Shown here piece after piece: positions 26,791-36,066 of a stretch of DNA of 64,000 nucleotides. The first letter of the stretch is position 1, and each line of letters opens with the position of its first letter. A program made the position numbers and the translations under genes. The DNA is from Bacteroidia bacterium (GTDB taxonomy: Bacteria > Bacteroidota > Bacteroidia > Flavobacteriales > Flavobacteriaceae). The notes beneath the pieces are model-generated. The model was not told where the DNA came from and made no database searches. It saw only the letters and a program-made list of their open reading frames with translations. The stretch lies in NCBI GenBank assembly GCA_046566705.1, contig JBKHWE010000024.1, forward strand, positions 10,542 through 74,541. Direction: 5' to 3'.

Positions 26791-26804
26791 ATTTTTAAAT
26801 AATA

Positions 26805-26886
26805 GATTTTTAGAACGTTAGATTTTAGATTAAAAGACAATTAGCCTAATCTTCTAAGCATCCAAAAATCTAACGTTCTAAAAATC
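26805..26886. repeat. 22-bp perfect inverted repeat with 38-bp spacer
   Basis: GATTTTTAGAACGTTAGATTTT (26805-26826) is the exact reverse complement of 26865-26886. Confidence 0.85.
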
Positions 26887-26893
26887 CAATAAT

Positions 26894-27148
26894 CTAATTG
26901 TGCCGCAAGGCATGCGCCAGTTGGGCTTTGTTCATTTTACTGCGGCCTTCTATGCCTACTTTTTTAGCCTGTTCATAAAGGTCTTGTTTGGTACGGTCTT
27001 CATACGTTGCGGCCTCACCGCCACGTTTTTCGGCACCATCGCTGTTTGCAATACGCGCCGACTTTTCCTTGCTGTACCCTTTTCGGCGCAGGGCTTCATA
27101 CTGGTCAGGATCCTTAATCTGCGGACCCGGTGTTTTTCTTTGTGGCAT
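26894..27148 (-). CDS. small basic protein with Rho_N/SAP-like C-terminal motif
   Basis: 84 aa. The C-terminal DLYEQAKKVGIEGRSKMNKAQLAHAL resembles the Rho termination factor N-terminal motif. Confidence 0.5.
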   Translation of the reverse strand: MPQRKTPGPQIKDPDQYEALRRKGYSKEKSARIANSDGAEKRGGEAATYEDRTKQDLYEQAKKVGIEGRSKMNKAQLAHALRHN

Positions 27149-27313
27149 AATAATTATATTTTGTGGTTAATCAATATATAAAGTTACGCACAGCATGTGC
27201 AACAAAGCGTTAAGCACCAGTTAATCAAAACCTTATAAAACGCCAAAAGGTATACCTTTTAAGGTATACCTTTCGACCAGAATACATAAATCAACCCTTA
27301 TCTAGTAATTTGC

Positions 27314-27997
27314 TTATTCAGCAGATTTTTTTGCTGCGTCGTTTTCTTCGCCTTTAGCCGTTATACGGTCCCATTTAAACATAGGGGCGAATTTTAGCTT
27401 AATCTCTGCAATTTTCCTGTTGTCCTCGCCGGAAAGGCCTTCTTTTTCTACCGTGTTTTTACGGGCATCAAGTGCTTCGTACCACGCTTTTACTTTGTCA
27501 AGATCCTGACGTGAATATGAATCCCTGTTAGCCTTAAAGCTCTCATAAAATTTCTCATAAACGGTAAGGATGTTAGCCTTATTAACCCATGCAAAGGTCA
27601 TATCGCCTTCCTTAACGTTATTAGGGCCAAACAGCACATCGGCTATAGCGTTACCTGTTGCAGCGGCTGTAGCATTAGCTTTTTCTTTTATGGTTTCTTC
27701 AGCCTGGGTTTTAGCACCTTCAAATTTAGCTTTGGCAGCCTGAACCTTTTCGCTCGATTTTGCATCGTTTTCAAGTACGGCAAGCGATGAATCAGCCTTA
27801 GCTGTCATTACTTCATATTCATGTTGGATAGCTTCCCAGTTAGCAGCCTTTTCTTCGGCAGCAATGTTATTAACCGAGTCTACAAAGGCCACATACTGGT
27901 CTACTTTTTTCTCGGCCTTCATTTTAGTTTCGTCTTTACAAGACGTTAGTGTAAGAGCACCCAGTGCTACTACAGCTGCAAGATTTAATTTTTTCAT
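27314..27997 (-). CDS. lipoprotein, function unknown
   Basis: The lipobox LTLTSC follows a signal peptide. The protein is Ala/Lys/Glu-rich and probably helical. Confidence 0.6.
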   Translation of the reverse strand: MKKLNLAAVVALGALTLTSCKDETKMKAEKKVDQYVAFVDSVNNIAAEEKAANWEAIQHEYEVMTAKADSSLAVLENDAKSSEKVQAAKAKFEGAKTQAEETIKEKANATAAATGNAIADVLFGPNNVKEGDMTFAWVNKANILTVYEKFYESFKANRDSYSRQDLDKVKAWYEALDARKNTVEKEGLSGEDNRKIAEIKLKFAPMFKWDRITAKGEENDAAKKSAE

Positions 27998-28343
27998 GGT
28001 TATATTTTTTGTTACTTATCTTGAATCAAAATTATGCAGATTTTAGCCACACATCAAAATAAGCCCCAATAAATTATAAATACTTTAATATTTTTAACCT
28101 AATTTTAAATATTTTAATAAAATTTTAAAACTTGGCTTTATATTGGTTTTACGCTTTGAAATACCCCCAAAAACGATATTTTGGAACAAAATCATCTGAC
28201 AATTAAGTATTTAAGAAAACTCTTAAATATTTAAATGTGTTTCTTAACAATTTTGGCACGTGGATTGCCTTTTACTAATCAGGGAATTAATATTTTTATT
28301 GCCAAAAAACAACATACCCAATAATTAAACACATAAAACTACC

Positions 28344-29444
28344 ATGAAAAAAATTACTTTACTCTTAATCGCCCTGCTTGCTACAGCTTTTAGCCTGCAG
28401 GCACAGCGCTACCAAACCGGTAACCTTACCATATTTAGCGAAGACGGCGCCCAGTTTTATCTTGTGCTGAATGGACAACGCTATAATGATAAGCCGCAGA
28501 CAAATGTTCGTGTGGAAATGCTGCCTAACCCGTACTACGACTGCAAGATTATTTTTGCCAATACCCGCATACAAACCCTGAGCAAGAACATAGAGATAGC
28601 CGATATGGACGATATAATGCAGGATGTAACCTACCGTATAAAAAAGGATAAAAAAGGCAGGCGTACCCTTCGTTTTTATTCTAATATACCGGCAGCGCAA
28701 AATATGGTACGCCCTAAAAACTGCGCCGTATACCACTATGGTGAGCCAAACGATATGTACATAGGCCCGGACAACACCGTATACCACCAGGAAACCACCA
28801 CCACTACCTATAACGATGGTTTTGGGATGAATGTAAACGTGGGCGGCGTAGGCATGAGTGTAAACGTACCGGGTAGTAACGGCACTACCACTACAACCAC
28901 TACTACTACAACAACCGGCGGATATACCACCAACAATGGCAATAACGGTTACAACAACAACGGCAATAATAACAACGGCAATAATAACAACAGCAACAAT
29001 AATAACGGCTATAACAACAGCAACAACAATAACGGCTATAACAACAGCAACAACAATAACGGCTATAACAACAGCAACAACAATAACGGCTATAACAACG
29101 GCAACAACAATAACGGCTATAACAACGGCAACAACAATAATGGCGACTGCCGCGTGGCGATGAGCAGTGGCGACTTTGAAGCTGCTGTAAATACCATTAA
29201 AGGCAGTAGTTTTGACGATACCCGCGAAGGTACTGCAAGGCAAATCCTGTCTAATAATTGTATGAATACCGACCAGATTATAAGCCTTATAAAGCTCCTT
29301 ACTTTTGAAGAAAACAAACTGACCCTGGCCAAATATGCCTACAACTTCTGTGTAGACAAAAAGAGTTATTTTAAAGTAGCCAATACGTTTACCTTTGATA
29401 ATTCAAAAAGGGAAATGAACGAGTTCCTGCAAGGGCAACGGTAA
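28344..29444 (+). CDS. secreted DUF4476 domain protein with poly-Thr and Asn-rich repeat linker
   Basis: It has a signal peptide and a C-terminal DUF4476-like block (FDDTREGTARQIL...KLTLAKYAYNF). The central region carries T10 and (NNNGYNNSN)n repeats. Confidence 0.7.
   Translation: MKKITLLLIALLATAFSLQAQRYQTGNLTIFSEDGAQFYLVLNGQRYNDKPQTNVRVEMLPNPYYDCKIIFANTRIQTLSKNIEIADMDDIMQDVTYRIKKDKKGRRTLRFYSNIPAAQNMVRPKNCAVYHYGEPNDMYIGPDNTVYHQETTTTTYNDGFGMNVNVGGVGMSVNVPGSNGTTTTTTTTTTTGGYTTNNGNNGYNNNGNNNNGNNNNSNNNNGYNNSNNNNGYNNSNNNNGYNNSNNNNGYNNGNNNNGYNNGNNNNGDCRVAMSSGDFEAAVNTIKGSSFDDTREGTARQILSNNCMNTDQIISLIKLLTFEENKLTLAKYAYNFCVDKKSYFKVANTFTFDNSKREMNEFLQGQR
29007..29141 (+). repeat. 27-bp in-frame tandem repeat, 5 copies
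   Basis: GGCTATAACAACAGCAACAACAATAAC occurs three times exactly, followed by two copies with AGC changed to GGC. More degenerate copies lie upstream from about 28936. Confidence 0.9.
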
Positions 29445-29478
29445 TTTATTTTAAATTATAAATTCTGAATTTTAAATT

Positions 29479-29504
29479 AGCTGCTCCCACGGGGCAGCTT
29501 TTTT
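29479..29504 (+). terminator. intrinsic terminator
   Basis: AGCTGCTCC-CAC-GGGGCAGCT forms a stem-loop followed by T6. Confidence 0.7.
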
Positions 29505-29766
29505 ATTGCCACATACGTTCCTCATGGCTTTCATAAAACTTTATTGTAAAGGCATACAAATGAGTTATAAAGTTTCACAAAGAGTTAAAACTTCGCAACG
29601 CTTTGCGCCTCATTTAAAATTTATAATTCAGAATTTAAAATAAACTTTTTTTGAGATTGCTTCGTCGTGCCTCCTCGCAATGACAGAACGTGAAGAAAGT
29701 CCTCAATTAACAAATCAACGAATACACAAATCAACAAATCCACATCTCCCTAATTACCAAGTAACC

Positions 29767-29800
29767 AAAAAAAGCCCGGAACACTCATGTTCCGGGCTTT
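29767..29800 (-). terminator. intrinsic terminator of secA
   Basis: GCCCGGAACA .. TGTTCCGGGC forms a 10-bp stem. On the minus strand it is followed by T7, about 20 nt after the secA stop. Confidence 0.75.
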
Positions 29801-29821
29801 TGGTTATGTATCAGTAAAGGA

Positions 29822-32800
29822 TTACTCCTCTGATTTTGTAAGCACCCACTCGCCTGTGTTTAGCAGGGTTTCGGCTTTCTTGTATTTCATTGTTTCCACT
29901 TTGCCGCTCATAATGTGCTGTATGGTAACATTGTCATTACGGTTAATCTTCGGCGCGTCCCTTACAATGGTTTCAGTAACCTGAGGGGCTTGCTGTGCCT
30001 GCTGTTCGCCTGTGCGGGCAGCCCTTTCCAGTTGCTCCTCGGTATTTAGCACCTCTTCCTTAGATTCTATGTACTGCTGCCTCGGCGGCTCAGCAATCCT
30101 TTGCTCGGCAATTTCAGGACTTTGCTGCTGAGGCAGGTCGGCCTTAAGCAGGAACGATATTACCTCACGGTTAATCTCGGTAAGCGACTTACGGAACAGC
30201 TTGTACGCCTCTTCCTTGTAAATAAGAAGCGGGTCTTTCTGCTCGTGTACGGCAAGCTGCACGGATTGTTTCAGCTCGTCCATTTTGCGCAGGTGCTTTT
30301 TCCATGCTTCATCTACTACGGCAAGTGTAATGCTCTTTTCAAAATCATCTATCAGCGTAAGTCCTTCGGTTTGGTATGCCTTTTCAAGGTTAGTAACCAC
30401 ACTCATAATCTTCACGCCATCGCCAAACGGAACTACAATACGCTCGTACTGGGCGTTGTTGTTTTCGTATACGTTTTTAATAACAGGGAACGCCTCGGCG
30501 GCATTGTTAGCACACCTGGCAGTATACGCTTCAGATACGGCTTTGTACACTTTGGCAGTAAGCTCATCTTCGGATAGTTTTACAAACTCGCTTTCCGTTA
30601 CCGGAGAACTGATAGAGAAGCTACGGATAAGGTCAAACTCAAAGTTCTGGAAATCACGTACCGGCTTGTTGTTGCTTACTATGGTATCGGTAAGGTCGTA
30701 CATCATGTCGGCAATATCCACCTTCAGCCTGTCGCCAAACAGGGCGTGCTTCCTTTTCTTGTACACGTTTTCACGCTGCTTGTTCATAACGTCATCATAC
30801 TCAAGCAGGCGCTTACGCTGGCCGAAGTTGTTTTCTTCTACCTTCTTCTGCGCACGCTCTATAGATTTTGTCATCATAGAATGCTGGATTACTTCGCCCT
30901 CTTTAAGTCCCATACGGTCCATAACCTTGGCTACCCTCTCAGAACCGAAAAGGCGCATAAGGTTATCTTCAAGCGATACGTAGAACTGAGAGCTGCCCGG
31001 ATCTCCCTGGCGGCCTGCACGGCCACGCAGCTGGCGGTCTACACGGCGCGAATCATGGCGTTCTGTACCAATAATGGCAAGTCCGCCCGCAGCCTTAACC
31101 TCCGGCGTAAGCTTAATGTCGGTACCACGGCCTGCCATGTTAGTAGCTATGGTTACGATGCCCGGCTTACCGGCTTCAGCTACAATGTCGGCTTCTTTTT
31201 TGTGAAGTTTGGCATTCAGTACGTTGTGGTGAATACCCCTCATCTTAAGCATACGGCTAAGGAGTTCTGATATTTCTACCGAAGTGGTACCTATAAGTAC
31301 CGGCCTTCCTGCTTTAGACAGGGTTACCGTATCTTCTATAACCGCGTTAAACTTCTCGCGCATGGTCTTATAAATAAGGTCGTGCTGGTCGTTTCGCGAT
31401 ATTGGCCTGTTAGTAGGTATTTCTACCACGTCAAGCTTGTATATTTCCCAGAATTCGCCAGCTTCGGTAACGGCAGTACCCGTCATACCCCCAAGCTTGC
31501 TGTACATCCTGAAATAGTTTTGCAGGGTAATGGTAGCAAAGGTTTGGGTAGCGGCTTCAATCTTTACGTTCTCCTTGGCTTCAATCGCCTGGTGAAGACC
31601 GTCTGAGTAGCGGCGCCCGTCCATAATACGGCCGGTTTGCTCGTCTACAATCATTACCTTATTGTCCATAACCACATACTCCGTGTCTTTTTCAAACAGG
31701 GTATAGGCTTTAAGAAGCTGTGTCAGGGTATGTATACGCTCACTTTTTACAGAAAAATCAGCAAACAGTTTTTCCTTAAGCGATGTTTCGGCTTCCTTAT
31801 CCAGCTTTTTCTTTTCTATAGCGGCAATCTCCGTTCCTATATCCGGAAGTACAAAGAAGTCGTTATCAGTGTCCTGAGAAAGGAATTTGATACCGTTATC
31901 GGTAAGTTCTACCTGGTTGCTTTTCTCTTCTATAACAAAATACAGTGCCTCGTCAACCTTGTGCATATCGCGGTTGTTGTCTGCCATGTACTGGCTTTCT
32001 GTTTTTTGCAGCAGTTGCTTAACACCTTCTTCACTAAGGAATTTTATCAGTGCCTTGTTCTTTGGCAAACCACGGTGTACCCTTAGTAATAGGAAACCGC
32101 CTTCTTTGGTTTTGCCTTCCTTAATAAGTTTTTTGGCTTCGGCCAAAACACCATTAAGCAATGTACGCTGCAGGGCAAAAAGGTTATCTACCTTAGGCTT
32201 AAGCTCGTTAAACTCGTGGCGGTCGCCGTTAGGTACCGGCCCCGATATAATAAGTGGCGTACGGGCATCGTCTATCAATACCGAGTCTACCTCATCTACA
32301 ATAGCGAAGTTATGTTTACGCTGTACCAGGTCTGCCGGCGAGTGCGCCATGTTATCCCTTAGGTAGTCAAAACCAAACTCGTTGTTTGTACCATAGGTAA
32401 TATCTGCGGCATACGCCTTACGACGGCCTTCGCTGTTTGGCTGGTGGTTGTCTATACACTCTACGGTAAGCCCGTGGAATTCAAACAATGGTGCTTTCCA
32501 GGCGCTGTCACGCTTGGCCAGGTAGTCGTTTACCGTTACAAGGTGTACACCAAGCCCGGTAAGCGCGTTTAGGTATACCGGCAGTGTAGCCACAAGGGTT
32601 TTACCCTCACCCGTTTGCATCTCGGCTATCTTACCCTGGTGCAGTACGGTACCGCCCATAAGCTGCACGTCGTAGTGAATCATATCCCAGGTTACTTCCC
32701 TGCCGGCCGCGTTCCATGAGTTGGCCCACGTAGCCTGGTCGCCGTTAATGGCTATGTACGGCTTGGTTTGTGCCAGCTCCCTGTCTGTAGCAGAAGCGGT

Positions 32801-33193
32801 TACCGTTATAGAAGTATTATCCTTAAAGCGGCGCGCGGTTTCCTTAACCACGGCAAACGCTTCAGGAAGTAGTTCCATAAGTGTTTTTTCAGAAATTTCG
32901 TAGGCCTCTTTTTCAAGCGCGTCTATAGAAGCGTAGATATCTTCGCGGGCGTCTATGTCCTGTGTTTTTTCTACCTCGGCAAGGTAAGAGGCTATTTTAG
33001 CGTCTTTATCGGCACGGGCTTCACGTATCCTTTCCTTAAAGTATATGGTTTTTGCCCTAAGCTCGTCATGCGACAGCTGCGTAAGCGCACCCTCAAACGA
33101 TTTAATTTTCGTAACGATGGGTTGCAGCAACTTTACGTCTTTTTGCGACTTATCGCCTACAAACGCTTTTAAAATGCTGTTTACTAAACTCAT
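29822..33193 (-). CDS. secA: preprotein translocase ATPase SecA
   Basis: 1123 aa with the DEAD-like motor (MQTGEGKTLVATLP, DEVDSVLIDDARTPLIISG) and a preprotein cross-linking domain. Confidence 0.97.
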   Translation of the reverse strand: MSLVNSILKAFVGDKSQKDVKLLQPIVTKIKSFEGALTQLSHDELRAKTIYFKERIREARADKDAKIASYLAEVEKTQDIDAREDIYASIDALEKEAYEISEKTLMELLPEAFAVVKETARRFKDNTSITVTASATDRELAQTKPYIAINGDQATWANSWNAAGREVTWDMIHYDVQLMGGTVLHQGKIAEMQTGEGKTLVATLPVYLNALTGLGVHLVTVNDYLAKRDSAWKAPLFEFHGLTVECIDNHQPNSEGRRKAYAADITYGTNNEFGFDYLRDNMAHSPADLVQRKHNFAIVDEVDSVLIDDARTPLIISGPVPNGDRHEFNELKPKVDNLFALQRTLLNGVLAEAKKLIKEGKTKEGGFLLLRVHRGLPKNKALIKFLSEEGVKQLLQKTESQYMADNNRDMHKVDEALYFVIEEKSNQVELTDNGIKFLSQDTDNDFFVLPDIGTEIAAIEKKKLDKEAETSLKEKLFADFSVKSERIHTLTQLLKAYTLFEKDTEYVVMDNKVMIVDEQTGRIMDGRRYSDGLHQAIEAKENVKIEAATQTFATITLQNYFRMYSKLGGMTGTAVTEAGEFWEIYKLDVVEIPTNRPISRNDQHDLIYKTMREKFNAVIEDTVTLSKAGRPVLIGTTSVEISELLSRMLKMRGIHHNVLNAKLHKKEADIVAEAGKPGIVTIATNMAGRGTDIKLTPEVKAAGGLAIIGTERHDSRRVDRQLRGRAGRQGDPGSSQFYVSLEDNLMRLFGSERVAKVMDRMGLKEGEVIQHSMMTKSIERAQKKVEENNFGQRKRLLEYDDVMNKQRENVYKKRKHALFGDRLKVDIADMMYDLTDTIVSNNKPVRDFQNFEFDLIRSFSISSPVTESEFVKLSEDELTAKVYKAVSEAYTARCANNAAEAFPVIKNVYENNNAQYERIVVPFGDGVKIMSVVTNLEKAYQTEGLTLIDDFEKSITLAVVDEAWKKHLRKMDELKQSVQLAVHEQKDPLLIYKEEAYKLFRKSLTEINREVISFLLKADLPQQQSPEIAEQRIAEPPRQQYIESKEEVLNTEEQLERAARTGEQQAQQAPQVTETIVRDAPKINRNDNVTIQHIMSGKVETMKYKKAETLLNTGEWVLTKSEE

Positions 33194-33244
33194 TATCTAT
33201 ATAATTACTATGTGTATTTTTTGTAATACGCGCACAAATTTAAA

Positions 33245-33270
33245 TAAAAAAAGCCTCTGTTACAGAGACT
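33245..33270 (-). terminator. intrinsic terminator
   Basis: On the minus strand, GTCTCTG-TAA-CAGAGGC is followed by T7, downstream of the DUF2795 gene. Confidence 0.6.
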
Positions 33271-33296
33271 TTTCCTTCCAAATCTATTTTGTGCTT

Positions 33297-33518
33297 TTAA
33301 TATTCATCCTCGTTCCAAAGATAATCTTCGTCGGTAGGATAATCAGGCCATATTTCCTCCATCGATTCGTAGATTTCTCCCTCATCTTCAATGGATTGCA
33401 GGTTTTCGACAACCTCAAGTGGCGCTCCTGTCCTTATGGCATAGTCGATTAGCTCGTCTTTTGTAGCCGGCCATGGCGCATCACTTAAATAAGATGCCAG
33501 TTCTAGTGTCCAATACAT
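33297..33518 (-). CDS. DUF2795 domain protein
   Basis: 73 aa with WPATKDELIDYAIRTGAPLEVVENL typical of DUF2795. Confidence 0.75.
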   Translation of the reverse strand: MYWTLELASYLSDAPWPATKDELIDYAIRTGAPLEVVENLQSIEDEGEIYESMEEIWPDYPTDEDYLWNEDEY

Positions 33519-33620
33519 CTTCTAAAAATTTAAGATTTATGCAAAAATAAATTTATTACTGAAAAAGTCAAGTAAATTTTTACTTAATTTAAGAAAAAAA
33601 GAAAGAACGTTTGCGCTTCG

Positions 33621-33695
33621 CAGTGTTCAGTATCCGGTTTACAGTAGTCAGTGTCTTAGTCATACGTATTTACAATACCAGATAACTGAACACTG
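33621..33695. repeat. word-hairpin element (CAGTGTTCAGT / ACTGAACACTG)
   Basis: An 11-bp perfect inverted repeat lies at 33621-33631 and 33685-33695. Extra TTTACAGT/GTCAGT words occur on both arms. Confidence 0.65.
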
Positions 33696-33713
33696 TAAAC
33701 TGACAACTGCAAA

Positions 33714-34286
33714 CTATAACTTCTCCGGTATCCACTTTACCTCATCGGCACCCAAATCTTTGGACAACTTCCGTGCCAATACAAAAAGGTAGTCAGAAAG
33801 GCGGTTTATGTATGCCAAAACGTTGTTTTCAAAGGGTTCCAGCTCATACAAATGTACCGAAAGGCGCTCTGCCCTGCGGCAAACGCAGCGTGCTATATGA
33901 CAATATGACACCGTTGTATGCCCACCGGGAAGCACAAAATGCATCATGGGTTCCAGCTGGTTTTCCATACCATCTATCTCGTTTTCGAGGAGTTGTATAT
34001 CGGCTTCCGAAATTTTAGGAATGTTAAGGCGCTCCTTGCCATTCTTTAAAATAGCCTTGTCGGGTGCGGTTGCCAATATGGCACCCACGGTAAAGAGCCT
34101 GTCCTGTATTTTTTCGAGTATTTTTTTATACTCCGGGTTAATATCCTGGTCACGGATAAGCCCCAGGTGCGAGTTTAGCTCATCTATAGTACCGTAACTC
34201 TCTATGCGGATGTGGTGCTTAGGCACACGCGAACCCCCAAACAGGGCCGTAGTACCTTTATCACCGGTTTTTGTGTAGACTTTCAT
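33714..34286 (-). CDS. ATP:cob(I)alamin adenosyltransferase, PduO type
   Basis: Starts MKVYTKTGDKGTTALFGG and contains RIESYGTIDELNS. I chose the ATG at 34286 because the upstream 9 codons of the track ORF lie inside a repeat element. Confidence 0.85.
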   Translation of the reverse strand: MKVYTKTGDKGTTALFGGSRVPKHHIRIESYGTIDELNSHLGLIRDQDINPEYKKILEKIQDRLFTVGAILATAPDKAILKNGKERLNIPKISEADIQLLENEIDGMENQLEPMMHFVLPGGHTTVSYCHIARCVCRRAERLSVHLYELEPFENNVLAYINRLSDYLFVLARKLSKDLGADEVKWIPEKL

Positions 34287-34290
34287 TTTT

Positions 34291-34371
34291 GAGCTGCTGA
34301 GCTGCTGAGCCACTTAGTTTCTTAGCTTTTATGCTCAACGGCTCAGTAGCTAAGAAGCTCAGCGGCTCAGA
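34291..34371. repeat. word-hairpin element (GCTGAGC / GCTCAG words)
   Basis: The left arm GAGCTGCTGAGCTGCTGAGCCACTTAGTTTCTTAGC faces the imperfect inverted arm GCTAAGAAGCTCAGCGGCTCAG. Confidence 0.65.
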
Positions 34372-34374
34372 AAC

Positions 34375-35076
34375 TTATTTATGCGGATTAAGATTTACAT
34401 TCTCACTCTCTATAACACCGTCGCGCAGGCGGATAACACGGTGCGCGTAGGCGGCTATGTCTTCCTCGTGGGTTACCAGGATTACGGTATTGCCACCGGC
34501 ATGGATGTCGCCAAAAAGTTTCATGATTTCGACTGACGTTTTACTGTCCAGGTTACCCGTGGGCTCATCGGCCAGGATAATAGACGGGTGGTTTACCAAC
34601 GCCCTTGCCACAGCCACACGTTGCCTTTGCCCCCCCGAAAGCTGGTTCGGCTTGTGGTCCATACGGTCTTGTAGGCCTACCTGGGTAAGCACTTCGGTAG
34701 CGCGCTGGTTACGTTCTGGCTTTTTATAGCCGGCATACACCATAGGCAGGGCCACATTATCTAACGCCGTGGTGCGGGGCAGCAGGTTAAAGGTCTGGAA
34801 GACAAAGCCTATTTCCTTATTACGGATTTCAGCGAGCTCGTCATCGCTCATGCGGCTTACGTCCTTGTTATTCAGGATATAGCTGCCGCCGCTTGGTGTA
34901 TCCAGGCAACCCAGCAGGTTCATCAGCGTACTTTTACCCGAACCGGAAGGGCCCATCAGGGCTACGTATTCGCCTTTGTTAATGGTAAGGTTTACTCCCT
35001 TAAGCACTTTTACAATTTCACTACCCAGTGGAAAATCGCGGGTAATGCCTTTTATCTCTATAATAGGTTGTGACAT
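34375..35076 (-). CDS. ABC transporter ATP-binding protein (LolD/MacB-type)
   Basis: Walker [10 protein letters not shown], signature LSGGQRQR and Walker [12 protein letters not shown]. Confidence 0.88.
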   Translation of the reverse strand: MSQPIIEIKGITRDFPLGSEIVKVLKGVNLTINKGEYVALMGPSGSGKSTLMNLLGCLDTPSGGSYILNNKDVSRMSDDELAEIRNKEIGFVFQTFNLLPRTTALDNVALPMVYAGYKKPERNQRATEVLTQVGLQDRMDHKPNQLSGGQRQRVAVARALVNHPSIILADEPTGNLDSKTSVEIMKLFGDIHAGGNTVILVTHEEDIAAYAHRVIRLRDGVIESENVNLNPHK

Positions 35077-35133
35077 GGTTATAATTTGTGACCCTAAAAA
35101 TAGACATTTTTTTTGGGAAAAGAGATTTTTTAG

Positions 35134-35183
35134 ATTGTTGGATTTTTAGACATTATAGCTTTTATATATAAAAATCCAACAAT
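35134..35183. repeat. 14-bp perfect inverted repeat (ATTGTTGGATTTTT / AAAAATCCAACAAT)
   Basis: Arms lie at 35134-35147 and 35170-35183. It shares AGATTTTTAG/AAAATCTAA words with the element at 26805-26886. Confidence 0.75.
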
Positions 35184-35223
35184 TTAAAAATCCGGTAACC
35201 TAAGAAGTCCAAAAATCTAAAAT

Positions 35224-36066
35224 CTATCCAAAAACGGCAACGTTTTCTCCGTCAAAGCTGGCAAATACCATACTTGGATGCGAATCCTGGTGGAAAATGT
35301 TCCCTTGTGCATCTATGGCTATGGCTCCGGCAAAACCATCATAGGGTTTTAGTTCGGTAAAGGTTTTGGCAAAAGCATCGCTTATAGGCATACCATCGGT
35401 AACACGGGTTACGATTTTAGTGGCAGTAGCATTGCTTACTATGTCTTCCCCTACCCCGGTGCAGCTTACGCCGCAAAAAGCATTGGCATAATTACCCGCC
35501 ACGGTAGCAGAGTCAGATATACGGCCTACCATTTCAAATCCCTTCCCTCCGGTAGAAGTAGCCACGGCAATTTTTCCGTCGGCATCAAGGGCTACGCAGC
35601 CCACGGTACCTGTTCCGGTGGCAGCGAGTTTCTTTTCAAATTCGGCGCGGCGTTCAGGGGTTTCAGTACTGAACTCCTCAAAACCATTCTTACGGGCAAA
35701 ATCCGTTGCCCCTTCGCCACCTAAAACACGGTCGTCATACGTCATTAGTTTTTCGGCAACCTGAATGGGGTTTTTTACCTCCTGAATGTTTATTACCCCA
35801 CTCAGCTTTTGGGTAGTACCATCCATCAGGGCGGCGCTCATGCGTATTTGTCCGTCGCTTTGTATCTGCGAACCCGTACCGGCATTAAACAGCACATCGT
35901 CTTCCAGCAGGCTTACGGCATATACTACGGTTTCGGTAGCGGTATGTGTTTTAAGGTACTCGTACGATTGTTTTACAATAGCTTTAAGTGCCTCCTGCTT
36001 AGCAGTCTTGGTTTTCAGGTCGGTCGATGATTCACTGAAAAAACCACCGTGAATGATTATTTTCAT
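35224..36066 (-). CDS. isoaspartyl peptidase/L-asparaginase (Ntn hydrolase)
   Basis: Carries the GTVGCVALD autoprocessing Thr motif. It lies downstream of cyanophycinase on the same strand. Confidence 0.8.
   Translation of the reverse strand: MKIIIHGGFFSESSTDLKTKTAKQEALKAIVKQSYEYLKTHTATETVVYAVSLLEDDVLFNAGTGSQIQSDGQIRMSAALMDGTTQKLSGVINIQEVKNPIQVAEKLMTYDDRVLGGEGATDFARKNGFEEFSTETPERRAEFEKKLAATGTGTVGCVALDADGKIAVATSTGGKGFEMVGRISDSATVAGNYANAFCGVSCTGVGEDIVSNATATKIVTRVTDGMPISDAFAKTFTELKPYDGFAGAIAIDAQGNIFHQDSHPSMVFASFDGENVAVFG

Noticed and set aside
28200-28235. 8-bp inverted repeat TATTTAAG-N6-CTTAAATA in the divergent promoter region before the DUF4476 gene
   Set aside because: The region is extremely AT-rich, so short AT palindromes are expected by chance. 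I noted it but it is not supportable as an operator.
29007-29141. Possible CRISPR array or other short-repeat locus
   Set aside because: The repeats are contiguous with no spacers, lie in frame within a CDS, and encode an Asn-rich linker. The word-hairpin elements elsewhere also lack the regular repeat-spacer periodicity of CRISPR.
28365-29243. 292-aa minus-strand ORF antisense to the DUF4476 gene
   Set aside because: It is a shadow ORF. Its VVAVVIAVI periodicity is simply the reverse complement of the Asn-rich coding repeat, and it has no start context or independent motifs.
30101-32366. Multiple plus-strand ORFs of 150-230 aa within secA
   Set aside because: secA is unambiguous on the minus strand, and long antisense open frames are expected in a gene of this length.
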